Origin: Ascidiella aspersa
Lineage: Eukaryota
Reading direction: 5' to 3'
Length of the DNA stretch: 64,000 bases
Assembly: GCA_963924565.1 (NCBI GenBank)
Contig: OZ004608.1
Span: 5,394,001-5,458,000 of the forward strand
Position 1 is the first letter of the stretch, and each line of letters starts with the position of its first letter. Under the pieces are notes generated by a model, which did not search any database, had not been told where the DNA came from, and saw nothing but the letters and a program-made list of their open reading frames with translations. Below, one piece after another: positions 12,775 to 25,614 of this stretch. Made by a program: the position numbers and the translations under genes.

Positions 12775-15700
12775 AAAATATCTAAAAGATTTAGGGTTTC
12801 CGTATCACATACCTTCTGTAGCAAGCAATAATCCCCTTTAACTAACAAGCCAAGTGTAGGCCTATCGACATTAAGCTGCAAAAATGCGCCTTAAATAGGA
12901 AAAAACATCAAAAGTCTAGTCTATCAAAGAATCTATCAAAATTGGGGTCGTCAAAGAATATCTCCAAAAATATGTCTATAGGTTCTACCGAAAGAAACCT
13001 TAAACTTAGCTAACAGTAGCCTAACACAATCAATCTTAGTTAGTAGTCGTATTTCTAAATATTTGGTGGCACAGTTGAACGACAAACTCTACTGCAGTGT
13101 CACGTTCCTACTATATTACATTCTTATTTCGACCTTATAAAGCGCGATTGTGCTGTTGTAATACTAACTCTCGTTAACCATTGCCACCTAATTGCAACAA
13201 CCTATAAAGCAATATAATCTAAACTCTGAAACAGCCTACTTCCCTTTAGTTTCGTTGCATGTTACAGTGTACGGTTTACCTAGCCCAAGCCACTACACAA
13301 AGTGCTAGAAACTAAGCAGACGCGAGACGCGCTCACCGGAACGCTAATCCACAAAAGCACAGTTTCAGCTCGCAGCTCTACCCAGCTCACCAAGCGCTAC
13401 CCTTGACCCGACAACTGCCGTCTGTAGGTGGGGAATTTCCAGGCGTTTTCGAGCACCAAAGAACACGGCCGCTTTGAAAACGGCCAGCCCACTTCATAGG
13501 ATTTATTTTGAGCCCTTCAACCAGCAAATGTGCAAAAAGAGACCAAGATAAAGCATAAAATACTAGTAGGCTACTTCTGAAGTGAAATATAACCCTCAAA
13601 AGGGTAGAAATTGATTTAAAATTTGATTTCACTTTAGAGTCGATCGGTTTGCTTTTTCAGGCGTATTTTAACACCACAACACCTGGCCGCTTTATAATCC
13701 TTATTAAGAGCAATTCAACCAACTAGGTATAGAAAGCTGCTCAAACTGGGAACAAAATACTAGTAGGTTAACTTTGAAATAAAATATAACCCTCGAAAGG
13801 CTAGAAATTGACCCAAAACTTAATTTCAAGCAAGAGCCGGCCGTTTTGCAGAGTGGCCATTCAGCCAACTTCTGGTTTTAAGAGCGCCAAGACAAACAAA
13901 CAGGGGAGAAAAGCAAGAGAGGCCAACGCGTGGGCGCCGCAGACCTCGTGCCTTTGCCAGCATAAAATTGCGCCACACGAATAGACAAACACGAACCCCT
14001 AAAAGCTGCCTTGATGATATCTGAACAAACCGTAATCTACGTTTTGCTGAGCTTGCTGAAATAGGTCGGCCTATACTTCTTTTATGTTTTAAAAGCATGA
14101 CTATGTGTTGTCGGCATGGGTGTTTTCAGTAATTTTACACAGCTTTAAACTAATGGGCTTGTAGCTATAATGCGTAGTCATAAACAATAATCCCAAATAC
14201 CTGCAACTATGTAAAAGCGTGGATTAATATAATAATATGACAAGTTTAGGCCTTATAATATAATATGACAAGTTTAGGCCTTATTTAAAAATGACAGAAA
14301 TCTATGCAAAGGTGTCGGTTTACCTTTTTTGTTACACATGTTACTCGTATTAAGGAAAACTGTAATCGCTTTAATTTAAACCGTTACAATTGCTCAATAA
14401 TACTTCCTGCAACTTACAGAGACGCTTACTTCTCAACCAGTGCAAATTGCTGAAGCGAAACTGCTGTCAGCCTTCAACCTCGCTTAACAATTGGCAATAA
14501 AACTCCCTTTGGGCCGCTTTTTGAAACGCTGGCAGGTATTTTATTCCTGCGAGAATGTAAAGTGTTTCTATATCTTAACTAAAATTAAAGCTATGGCGAC
14601 ACAATTCTTTTCACTGATCTTTTCGTAAGAAATCAAAACTTAAGACTTTAGCAAACACAAGCACGAATTTAAATAATTTTAGCCAAGTATGCGTAATGTT
14701 TCCGCAATTTTCTTACGTATTCGAAAAATCTCGAGCAGAACAAATCTCAATAAATCTAATCATACAAAAGTCTGGCATTACCCTAAATTGCCACGTTATA
14801 GTTTGGTTCACGACCTATGGGTTGGGAACAAATGATCCCACGCGTTCTGAGTTACTTTGTTCTGTCAAAAAAATCTGCGTTATAATAATCTTTATGACTT
14901 CCCTTAGCAACGCGCATGCATGGTTTTCCAAACAACCTTAGTTTTTTGAAACTTTTGTGCATTAAGTCCTTCTAAAACAGTCGCTTATTATCATTGCTGT
15001 TTTGAAGCAAAAACCTATAAAAATCGTTAGCCAATACAGCATATCGAAAAATTGGAACTTCAGCGTTTGCTTCTCAAGTAAACTACGGAACAAAATTCGA
15101 AGCATACCAGCTTCGCTTAACTTGACTCATAAAACACAACTTCCCCTTTTCGTTTTTAAGGCATGACGTCAATGTCATATGGCGGGCACGCATCACTGAG
15201 TAGCGGCATATCTGGTATACACTCAACACACTGCTACAAAAAGCTCTTCAAGAGCAACAGGCCAGGGCTTTCTAAACGACATTTGTTCCATTTCCAAACT
15301 AAAGGTAGGTGGGGAAAATTAACCTTATTCCTCTCCGATCGCCAAAAAGCCACAACAAACCTTAAAAGCGTGTCAGCAAATAGTCGAATTGGCGATAACC
15401 GAATTAACCAACTAAACTAGCTTATTACTAAATGTAGACTTCAAGGTTAGATTGAAACGTTTAGTTACAACGATTGTAAAGATCCACTGAAGTTATTATT
15501 ATTGCATTCGAACTCTAGATGCGTTTAGTACGTTTGGGGTAGTGTCCCTTTTTCCTTTTTGCTATTTTACTATTAAAACTGAATATTGAATACACTACCA
15601 ACTTCTGAGCGCCTTTTGCGACAAGTTTTTGCAGGAGATGGATTTTTTCAGCTGATAATGTAGGTTTTAACCGTTCATCACGGGTCTATTTATTTATATA

Positions 15701-17270
15701 ATTTTCCGTTCATATCCCATACTATAGTCACAAAACCGCTTATACGACCAGGGCTCTAAATCGGTGATAGCAAGACCGAAATATCTCCTGGGAATATTTT
15801 TGTACAATCGGTTGAAAAATACTGTGAGATTACCACATTTTTGTGTTACTTGAAGATAGAAGCGTTAAGGAGGAAACACATTCTAAAATTTGGTGCACAA
15901 TTTTTTTTAATGAGATTGTAAAACAGCGCGTTGGTAAATATATATGTGTTGTCATTTTGGAATCAAGTTTGGGTCGCAATGTTCTCTACCGTTAATAAAA
16001 CAGCGCCCTTATGTCTCGGGCCTCGCCAGTACAGAAACCGAAAATTTCCAGGCCGATAGCTTCACTTTATCTCTAGTTTTCATATGATCTCGATTGGCAT
16101 TTTACTTTGCCTATGCTTGTTTTGTAGAAATATATTGAAGCTAAACACGTTTTAAGTGTGTTTAAAGAAATGTTACCGCGGCACATTTCCCTTACGAGTT
16201 TCCGCCGATTGAATTTAAAACAGTAAATAAAACGTAATTCTTGTTGGCTTTATTGTTTAGTTATGTTTCTTGCAGTCTGCAAAGTTAGTTTACCAACCGC
16301 TCGTCTTTCTGTTAAAGCAAATTACACCATCATTGTATTACTGTATTCAGACACGAACTCGCTTTTTTTTAAATTGGAATCAAACTAACAATCGCGGGGT
16401 AACCTTTTGTTTTTAGTATGCATTGGTTTTGATATTGATTCCCATAGTTTTTTAGCAAAAAGTATTGCCATCTTATTCCATGACAAATGACGCCATTTTA
16501 CATTAGCGTTACATTATACTTAGTTATTATTTTTCAATTAAGTTTACTTAAAAACGATGGATCGTAAGTCAGGGTTAAAATGGGTAAATCGGTTTGTTTT
16601 GGGATTTGACTCGACGCTGTCCAAGTATATGATGAGTACCGATATTACCACTCAAGATTAATCTATCTCTTCCTAATAAATCGCAATGAATCGATATAAC
16701 AATATCTAGACATGACTATGATATGACCGGAAACTCAGTTTACAGAATGTGAACAATCACGATGATTTAACAAGTAAACTTTATTGTTTAAGCAGCTACA
16801 ATTTATACACACTTGAATGTACAATGCGACAAAAAACAAACACACACATCTCATGAAATATTTACTTTATCTCGGTTCGGTAATTCAACATCACCTGATT
16901 TTGTATACTTAGTAATTCAACATCACCTGATTTTGTATACATAGTGTAGGTGGTGAAAAGCTATAGATGCGAAAACCAATTGCGAAAATACTAAAGCACG
17001 CAGACGAGGCGATAAACATGCAAACGTTAAGTGAACAGTTATCTTTATATTTAAATTTCGTAAAAGCAAGGTTTTCTTTAAGTATTTTAAGAAGCACATA
17101 ACGAACAAATACAAATAACCATTTCAGGAGCACGATTAGGTAAGATTATGTGTTAAACAATAGGCAGAAGAAAGCGATTCGATACAGATAAACATTGTTA
17201 ATCGCATCTGTTTCAATATTGCGTTAAAAGGGAAATATTAAAGATCAGCGAATTAAAGTGTTGTATTAAG

Positions 17271-17855
17271 CTAAGTTTGCTGCCAAGAGTTTCTCCACCC
17301 TCCGGGGTTAACGCAACGGCTAACCCATCTCACCAAGCCAGGCCCAAAAGTTTTGGCCAAGTAGATGGCAGCTTCCTTCAAAGTAATTTCATTCGTCGAA
17401 GTAATTAGACCGTGAACACCTTCACCAGAAACATTATAATGCGTCACCGCGCTATGCGTCTCAATCTTCCAAGAGACATTTGATCCTACATATGTTACGT
17501 CACGACCGCAGAACTGTTCCATTCCCTGGCCCCGAAGAGTGAAGGCAATGCTCTTCGTCATTGTATCGCTGTAATCAGATCGGAATGCAACTTCTTTATT
17601 TTCCGTGTCGCGAGCTTCTGTGAAAATTCGGTTTACAGCCGATTCCGCGTCATTCCAACAAGACGGAATGGGTTGGCCGTCTGACACCCTCAGCAATCCA
17701 CAAGTTCCAGCCAACTGAGTACCACTGGCAGAAAACCTCACGTACCACATTTTTCCATCTAGCATCCCGCATTCCGAGTACAAAGCTTCGTTTCCGTTTT
17801 CGTACTGCGGTCGAATCCTCTCAACAGGAAAGGTGAAATGCCACACTTCCTGCAT
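17271..17855 (-). CDS. Orphan family type Q copy 1, 194 aa (MQEVWHFTFPVE...WRNSWQQT)
   Basis: First in-frame ATG is at 17855; the ORF-track start at 17888 is TTG. The frame is conserved across diverged paralogs, with in-frame indels between types. Confidence 0.88.
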   Translation of the reverse strand: MQEVWHFTFPVERIRPQYENGNEALYSECGMLDGKMWYVRFSASGTQLAGTCGLLRVSDGQPIPSCWNDAESAVNRIFTEARDTENKEVAFRSDYSDTMTKSIAFTLRGQGMEQFCGRDVTYVGSNVSWKIETHSAVTHYNVSGEGVHGLITSTNEITLKEAAIYLAKTFGPGLVRWVSRCVNPGGWRNSWQQT

Positions 17856-18650
17856 TATTATCTTTATCGGAACAGCAGCAATCAACAAATGAAAGGTGTT
17901 TTTTTTTTTTTAACAATTGAAAAAATACCTGCCTGATTAGAATAGTAGAGCGAGTTAAAGGTAAACAAATGCAGCGACACATTTGAGTCAGCCATTTTAG
18001 CTTTTAGCAAACAGGTTATTTTCCAACCGCTAAAATATCCCTGCAATAAGAAATAGAAGATGCTATTCACCTGGACGCGAAAGTAGTTACAATCGATATA
18101 TAAATAGTCACGGGAGTAAGCGTAAAAAAGCGATACGGCCAAATAGCCTATAGGCACTTCCTAGGGCTATTTAACCGGCCAATAAAGTAATTAAATCAAT
18201 TTCGAAATAAGTCGTTGAAATTATTCAAAATTACCTAAATTAAATGTAATACTACCACTTCTCAAACCCAAACCCAACCATAATCGAAATCAATGAATAA
18301 TCACGCATCCGGTCATACAGCAGCCACTTCCTTACGAAATTTTCCTAAACGACAAAACAAACGTAGGAAACGCTTCTTTTTAATCGAAAGGTATAAAGCT
18401 AGATAAAGTTTTCGAGCACGAAACATTTTTTCTAAAATCATGAAAAGCACCATTAGTTTAAATACTTGAAAAACATTTGAAAATCGGTTCCATACGTTCC
18501 CTGTATAATCCCACCATTCGCCTGTGTGAAATAGCTCTTTTCAGCTTTTGCTTTTTTTCAGCTTTTTTGCGCCATATAGTGCAATCTTATCGTAGGTGCG
18601 TGTTGTTGACCTTACAAGTTTGCTTGACCTTAACGCGACGCCAACCCTAG

Positions 18651-18682
18651 CCAATCAGTGGCCTCTGAAAGAGGTCACGTGA
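18651..18682. promoter_or_regulatory. CCAAT box + GTCACGTGA E-box pair upstream of type Q/B genes (also 20634-20665, 45316-45347, 62239-62270; E-box only at ~60122-60130)
   Basis: AGCCAATCAG followed 18 nt after the CCAAT by GTCACGTGA, within a ~700 bp duplicated upstream block. Confidence 0.4.
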
Positions 18683-19794
18683 TTTTACTTGGCTTCACTT
18701 ATTTCAAAATCACCGTTTCTTTTATGCGCCAAATCGCACAAACTGAATTTACTGCTAGAAAAATATGTCGACAAATTACCAATTTATGCAAAAGTTCAGT
18801 GCTGCGGAGTTGCCTTTAAAATTTCCGTTTAAGGATTTTTTTGGAATATCGTCAGCTAAATGGCACTTAGCTGAAACTCCCAACTTAATTATATCGCTTG
18901 ATTTCTGGCATCAGCTGCAGCCCGATATTATAGTCCATACAGCTGGCTCAGCTAGGCTCGGCTCGCAAATTAAAGTATATTTAGTTTTTCCACATAAAAT
19001 GTTAAAATGTCAACTGTTAACAATGTTCATACTGTTCTGGCACCGTGTGAGTTTTGTATGATACAAAAATAACTAAACGAATACAACTGGCGTTACCGGG
19101 TGAAATAGAGTATTTGCGGTGACTTATAAAGGACTTCTAGCGTTGCCTCGGTGATATTAAATAAACATCGGGTTTCTTCTCTCCATAGAAAAGAAGGTAG
19201 TGGAACAAAAACACGCTACAAAGCTACACTAAACAACGAAGGCGTGCCCTGTCGAGCTGTTGAGAGTGTTGGCGAATAGAAATCAATCTGCCGTGACCAA
19301 AAAATGACTCTTCATCACTACCACTTCACCACTATTGCACACTATGCTGTAACATATAACCTATACACGATAGAGCAAAGACGAAGTGAGCTACAGAACA
19401 GGACAAAGAGATTGAGAAGCGCAATAAATCAAAACGCCACTTGGTTTAATGACTCTTTTGGTAAAGTGTCATTTCCACCGTTCGATGTCGCCCTTGATTA
19501 CAATTAATTAACCGCGATCAAATGGCTGAACATTAATCTGGGCATGGCTGAACATTAATCGGTATTTCAAAAGCAAATTTTGCAAACGTTTGTTCAATGT
19601 GAACTGTTAGGCTACTATTAAATTCGTCCTAAGTTAATAGGAATTGATTAACAAATCAAGCCCGGAATCTTTGCATTGGGTACGAAATAGGAAGTGAAAG
19701 AACTACAAACTTAAAAACTCGCGAAATATTGCATCGTTATTCATTTCATAGTGGCCTACTATTCCACGAGAAAATATTTGAGATTAAATAACTT

Positions 19795-20086
19795 CTATAT
19801 AACTTGTTTCTGTTTAATGTCGCCGACCCCTATGAGATTTTTCTTTATAGCTGATTCGGCGTCTCGCCATTCGGACGGAATGGCTTGTCCATCTCTCATC
19901 TTTATAAACTGGCAATTTCCGGCCAGAAGAGTACTGTCATTTTCGACTGGGGAAAAACTTAATGTACCACATCTCGTAGCAAGCCATTCCGTCTGTTTCA
20001 GAGTAAAAAATTTCGTTTCCGAATTCGGAATCAAATTCCCTTTCCTCAATGGAACAGGTAAAGTGCCACACATTTGTGTCAGCCAT
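19795..20086 (-). pseudogene. Orphan family type B copy 1 (N-terminal half only), frameshifted
   Basis: MADTNVWHFTCSIEE...WYIKF is followed by a one-base shift at ~19950-19958 (GGGGAAAAACTT vs GGGGCAAACTT in the other B copies) into SPVENDSTLLAGNCQF...KQKQVI*. It also lacks ~90 bp of the upstream leader. Confidence 0.8.
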
Positions 20087-21851
20087 TTTAGCTTTTAGCA
20101 AACAGGTTATTTTCCAACTGCTAAAAAAAAGCGATACGGCCAAATAGCCTATAGGCACTTCCTAGGGCTATTTACCCGGTCAATAAAGTAATTAAATCAA
20201 TTTCGAAATAAGTCGTTGAAATTATTCAAAATTAAATGTAATACTACCACCTCTCAAACCCAAACCCTAAACCCAACCTTAATCGAAATCAATGAATAAT
20301 CACGCATCCGGTCATACAGCAGCCACTTCCTTACGAAATTTATCCTAAACGACAAAACAAACGTAGAAAACGCTTCTTTTTAATCGAAAGGTATAAAGCT
20401 AGATAAAGCCTCCGAGCACGAAACATTTTTTCTAAAATCCCGAAAAGCACCATTAGTTGAAATACTTGAAAAACATTTGAAAATCGGTTCCATACGTTCG
20501 CTGTATAATCCCACCATTCGCCTGTGTGAAATAGCTCATTTTTTCAGCTTTTTTACGCCATAGTAAATCTTATTGTAGGTGCGTGTTGTTGACCTTACAA
20601 GTTTGCTTGACCTTAACACGAGGCCAACCCTAGCCAATCAGCGGCCTCTGAAAGAGGTCACGTGATTTTAGTTGCTTTCACTTATTTCAAAATCACCGTT
20701 TCTTTTATGCGTCAAAATCGCACACAGCGAATTTACTGTTAGAAAAACATTTGGGCAAATTACCAAATTTTGCAAAACTTCAAAGTAACAGCAATTTTGC
20801 CATAGATTCTGAAAATTAACATGCAACAAAAGCGTAATGTTATAGAGAGCATAACATATTTTTTATAAAGCGAAAAAAGGGCAAAATAGAGCGAAAATGC
20901 CGTTTTAAACGCAATAATTTTTATACGTATGCCTAAACATTACACTGCCTGACAGCGCATGCCATTGCTCTAATGTTTTGCCCACTTCGTGTTTACTTTA
21001 TCGTCAAAGGTTAATTTCTGACTGAGGTAGGAACACGTAGAACTGCTCGAGCATGACGGCGACCGTAGTCACGTGATAACAAACATTGGTAAAACTATAG
21101 TATATTGAAACAGTTTTAATATACTTTAGTAAAACTTTCCGCGTACCGTCTGAATAACCCTTGCGTGTCATTATAGCCAACTCAGCAGATTGGCCTTAAG
21201 CTGTGTAGTAGCATATCGCATTACACCATCTAAGTGTCCATCGGTGAGCTGACTTTTGTTTCTTGTTTCTTCACACTAAGTTATATAATTATGTGAATGC
21301 CAGCTACGAGTAATTGTTAGTTGTCGTAATTTTCCTTATTTTATTTTAAGTTTCCCTGCATGTGGATTTTTGACACATGATTTGTGATTTTAAAAAAGGA
21401 ACTATTTTTCTTTTATAGCCCCATATTAAATTGGTTTACACATTGTCATGTAACATCGCGGTTTTAATACCATGATAACGAAATTAGAACATTGTTCATC
21501 TGTTACAATTATTTGGAGACCACTAGGTATGTGTTAAACTCTGTAATACAAACCATTTATGACCAAATTATTATGAATATGAACATCCGCAACAGACTAC
21601 TTCCACGTATTCCGGCAAAGTTGCACAAAATTGACCACACGTCATTGTATATACTCTATGTGCACCTTTTTATTAAATTTTAATTTGAAATTGTGAGTTG
21701 GGCATTTTGCTTAACTCTGGAACCTGGTTTAGAGTAATAGTTTGGTTATCATTAAATTGTCGTCACAATTTTTCCAAACAGACCGAATAGTTTCTGTTCT
21801 CCACCTTTAAATTGTAGCGAAGTGACACAAATTATACTTTTGTTAAATTAG

Positions 21852-24074
21852 CAACGTCAATGGAGAAAAGACCTAACCGCCAATGTAGACACCATGTTTC
21901 AATGGAGAGGAGTGGATGTACAAACAAAAGGCATCTGGATTTCCAGGAAACCACTTTGGATCACATTGGATGATGGCGTGAAGGTAAGCTTGATTAATTT
22001 ACAAGAAAATCCGATAAGCTTTGACTTGCGTTTCAAATAAAGTGCACCAACTTAACTTTTGCCACTCAAACTCTAATAATATACTTGTGAACAGCACATA
22101 GAAAGCCTTTAGGAATAACACAACAATAACTACTGGGCAACAACATCTAAATCAAAAAAATTATAATACTATAGTTGTCAGCCCAACGATATAATAAAGC
22201 CAAATACACAGTAATATCCACGACAGAATAAAATCTAAATTGTCTGAATATAAACCAGACCAGTCGGAACACGTCTTAAATTCATCGAAATAAGGCGTAA
22301 ATGTCTATAAATAACGCCTGGAACAGTTAGTTTGACCGGCCCGTTTAGTTTTTTTCGAATTTTTTGTCCCTGTTAATGGTGGAAAGTAATGGTAGAAGTT
22401 AGAACTTGGTTTAGTGTTGAAATTATTAGGGGAGTTAGTGATGTACTTAGGGGTGAGGGTTAGGTAAAAGGTTGTATAGGTTTGTTCTGAACATTTAGGT
22501 CTATTCCGACTGATTTAGGACTTATTCAGATAAGACGGTATAACGACTATGAAGATAATACCGGTAGCCCTATTTTAGTCTTATTCCGAACTTTGTTTTA
22601 TTGCGACAATCATGTTGTTCTTATATAGGTCTCATTGTTGGAGTCTCCTTTGCAGTGTTACCACAAGTAAGCCACGTGGGTTTAATGACAGACATTTAGG
22701 CTTGGTTTTAAAATGGAAGATTGGCACAAAGCTTTATTTTTGTTATTTCCAAACCTTTAAATTGCGTTCAAAACCTTGTTCAATTTTCCTGAAAAAGTAA
22801 AAAAATGTTCTCAGCACCTTAATCTTAGAAGCACTCACAGCATAGATATAATGGATAAAAAGCATGGCATAATGCGCCATAATACACAGTTCAATAGATT
22901 AAGGGTACATGTTTTGAAAATATACGTAAAAAGGTATACGTGTTTGCATCGTTCCAATTAAAATTACCATAAACATAGCAGCATAAACTTCGTTTTTTTT
23001 TTGTATACAGATTGCCTTGTTCCTCATGGATTCTGAAGGATTATTTAGCACAACCGCCTCCAGTGAGGAAACATCTTGTCTATTTGCCATAAGTACGCTT
23101 TTTAGCTCGTACCGTATACTTAATGTCGAGCGGCAATTAGCGTCATCCCAACTGCAGGCCTTTCAGGTATGCAGTAGATCAATACTCTTTTTGGAATAAA
23201 ATGATTAAACGTGTGTTGTTTTTCAGGATTTTTCAGACTACCAGCAAGTGTTTGGCGAACGAGAAGGTAAATCTGAGGTCAGGAATATAGGCTCATACGT
23301 TTTTTATAACATGTGTGAAGTGACTAACCTGTAAATCACTGTTAAAGAGGTCCATGCAGTTTTTTAAAGCTCCTCTGAGCTTACCTATTAAAACCTTGTT
23401 TCAAGTATAAGAGGAATCGCTTAAACCTTATGACCATATTTCTAGGGGGTGCTTAGGCAGAGGTAAAAGTAGAATTATCCCCAAAATATTTTCTAAGCGG
23501 AACGCATAAAACATTGCAAAGATAGCGCCACAAAGCTACGTCATTACACAAGCACCCTTAAGAAACGTGGGTTCACAGTTCGATTTCATATAGATTAATA
23601 TTATTTTTGTACATGGCGTTTTAAAAAACAAGCATATTTTTACCAGAATCGGCGAAAAGGCAAAAATTATTTTTCCGAATAGCCGTTCCGGACATTCCCG
23701 CTGCTTTTCACTACTGTGTTTAAGTTATCGAATAAAAAATTAGGCCTTTATTATTTAATCCTTGGGCTTTAGGTAAAATATTATACACAGATCCGTTGTT
23801 CAAAACAACGTGTTTATATTTTCATGTTGCTCTTCACAGCCCTTGCTCATACTACTTCGGGATTGGAATGGCCGTAAAACAGGTTACGGATTCAGGGCAG
23901 GAGGCGATTATATGAATACCAAGTTGGAGTCGAGCGATTTACCGATGGAGAACAGAGCAGCACCTGCGCAGTTCCTGGCAGCATTCAGCAGATACGCGTG
24001 TTACGCTTTACCCGAACCAGGCTCGGAAATTCGACACTCTGACGACCAGATTTCTTCGGATTATACAATGCAAG
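21852..24074 (+). CDS. Atlastin/GBP-family large GTPase, copy 1, partial (exons 21852-21983, 23011-23166, 23227-23277, 23840-24074); 3' part not present before the gap
   Basis: AG/GT-bounded, phase-compatible exons translate to FQWRGVDVQTKGIWISRKPLWITLDDGVK | IALFLMDSEGLF...LFAISTLFSSYRILN...LQAFQ | DFSDYQQVF... | PLLILLRDW...YGFRAGGDYM...CYALPEPG. These match atlastin-type G2, G3 (DxxG) and G4 (RD) regions. No P-loop exon was found. Confidence 0.88.
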
Positions 24075-25414
24075 GTGCGCCCTTTTTGGGATTTTAGCGA
24101 TTTATGTGTGCAGGATAGGCACTTATAGAAAATTGATAAAAAAATATGAGATAGATGGCATTCGCGCAGAAAATACAAACTTCTGCAATCTCAAAAACGT
24201 TTTTATTTCTTTTTAAGCAACACAAAACATACGACGAAGGTAGTGACACCATGTCAATTAAATTTAAAGCGTATATAATGAATTCCATTGATTTGACGGA
24301 TAACTTTTAGCATAACTTCTACAGCTGAACCACAAACCGTTATCAGAATAGTTTAACTACGGCGTTTATTAGATTTCATGCCCGCAAAAGGAACAACGAT
24401 AGTCCATAGCATGTATCAGGCTTTTAAGCGGTAAACTATAACCCGCACAAAACATACAGTATGTCATTAGCAGCGGATATTTTGGACGCGGTTTAAACAA
24501 CGGACAACAAAAAACAACCAAACAAAAACCCACTGATTGGGCTACGTCTGTGTATTCACCTATTCAATTAATTTTAACAAATGGACCTGGGAAACCTAGC
24601 ATGAGAATAAACTTTCGCGCTAACTCCCACGAACAAGCAGACCAGGCCTTTCAAAGGTAAAACGATACCCTATACAAGACTTGGATCACTTATAACCGCG
24701 TTCCTTAGCTTTGGATGCGGGGTCACATCAACCTTTGATTTTAAAGGTCGTGGTAATAAGCTGGATTCCTAGAATTCTTTAAAAAGTCGTTTATATGTAC
24801 CTTCTCTCGTTAAGTTGCCAGTCGATGTTATCGATTCAAAGGTAATTGCCACATTTAGGATGATGTATTAAATAAATTAACCGAACACGCAGTTACTTAC
24901 AGTGCAATTCAATGATTAGATTTAACAAATTAACCTTAAATTAGTATAAAAGCTCTTTTCAACAATGTTTTAATGTTTTACTTGAGCTCGGCGCCCCTAA
25001 CGCTTCACTAAGTTGGCTTTGACAATCACACAGCGCCTTTTTTAACATGAGTAATGGCCGTGTTTGTTGTTTTATCAAACTCGTACAAATCAGGGCTACG
25101 GGTTGAAAATAGTCTGAGTCAGACTCCCAAGTCCGATTAAAAAAAATGAAAGTTCAAACCCGGAGTATAAACATAGTTGAAAAATATTCCATCATATGCT
25201 TTTCCACCTTTGTAATCTTACTCTTTGCTGCAATATCATTTTCGAAATTTGTTGCTGCGCATAAACACGTCAGATTAGGTACTCGAATAGTCTTAGGTAA
25301 CGTTATTCGAGTCCCGAGTCCAACTCCAGCAAACTTAACGGACTTTGTCATGTCTGAAATCCAAATGTCGCTTTTCTGAGCGCTATATTAAATCGTGATT
25401 CCAAGTTGAGAAGA

Positions 25415-25614
25415 NNNNNNNNNNNNNNNNNNNNNNNNNNNNNNNNNNNNNNNNNNNNNNNNNNNNNNNNNNNNNNNNNNNNNNNNNNNNNNNNNNNNNN
25501 NNNNNNNNNNNNNNNNNNNNNNNNNNNNNNNNNNNNNNNNNNNNNNNNNNNNNNNNNNNNNNNNNNNNNNNNNNNNNNNNNNNNNNNNNNNNNNNNNNNN
25601 NNNNNNNNNNNNNN
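25415..25614. other. Assembly gap (200 N)
   Basis: Run of 200 n characters. Confidence 1.

Larger units (their letters stand above)
1071..17270. repeat. Tandem segmental triplication, unit ~5.84-5.87 kb (R1 1071-6908, R2 6909-12774, R3 from 12775, more diverged towards its 3' end)
   Basis: AAAATATCTAAAAGATTTAGGGTTTCCGTATCAC recurs at 1071, 6909 and 12775. The ORF track repeats with the same offsets (1683/7521/13387). R1 and R2 are nearly identical. Confidence 0.97.

Noticed and set aside
17856-17888. Hydrophobic 'MLIAAVPIKII' leader as a signal peptide
   Set aside because: It comes from a TTG start in the ORF track. The eukaryotic ATG is downstream and aligns with the A/B-type starts.
18765-19061. 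98-99 aa plus-strand ORF open in three copies (also 45430, 60213)
   Set aside because: Copies are too similar for conservation to be informative, there is no recognisable domain, and the ATG is absent from the homologous blocks at ~20750 and ~62355.
22380-22480. TTAGGG-like telomeric sequence (also 31259-31275, 63920-63960)
   Set aside because: Only a few degenerate units in the centre of MITE-like palindromes; not a telomere array.
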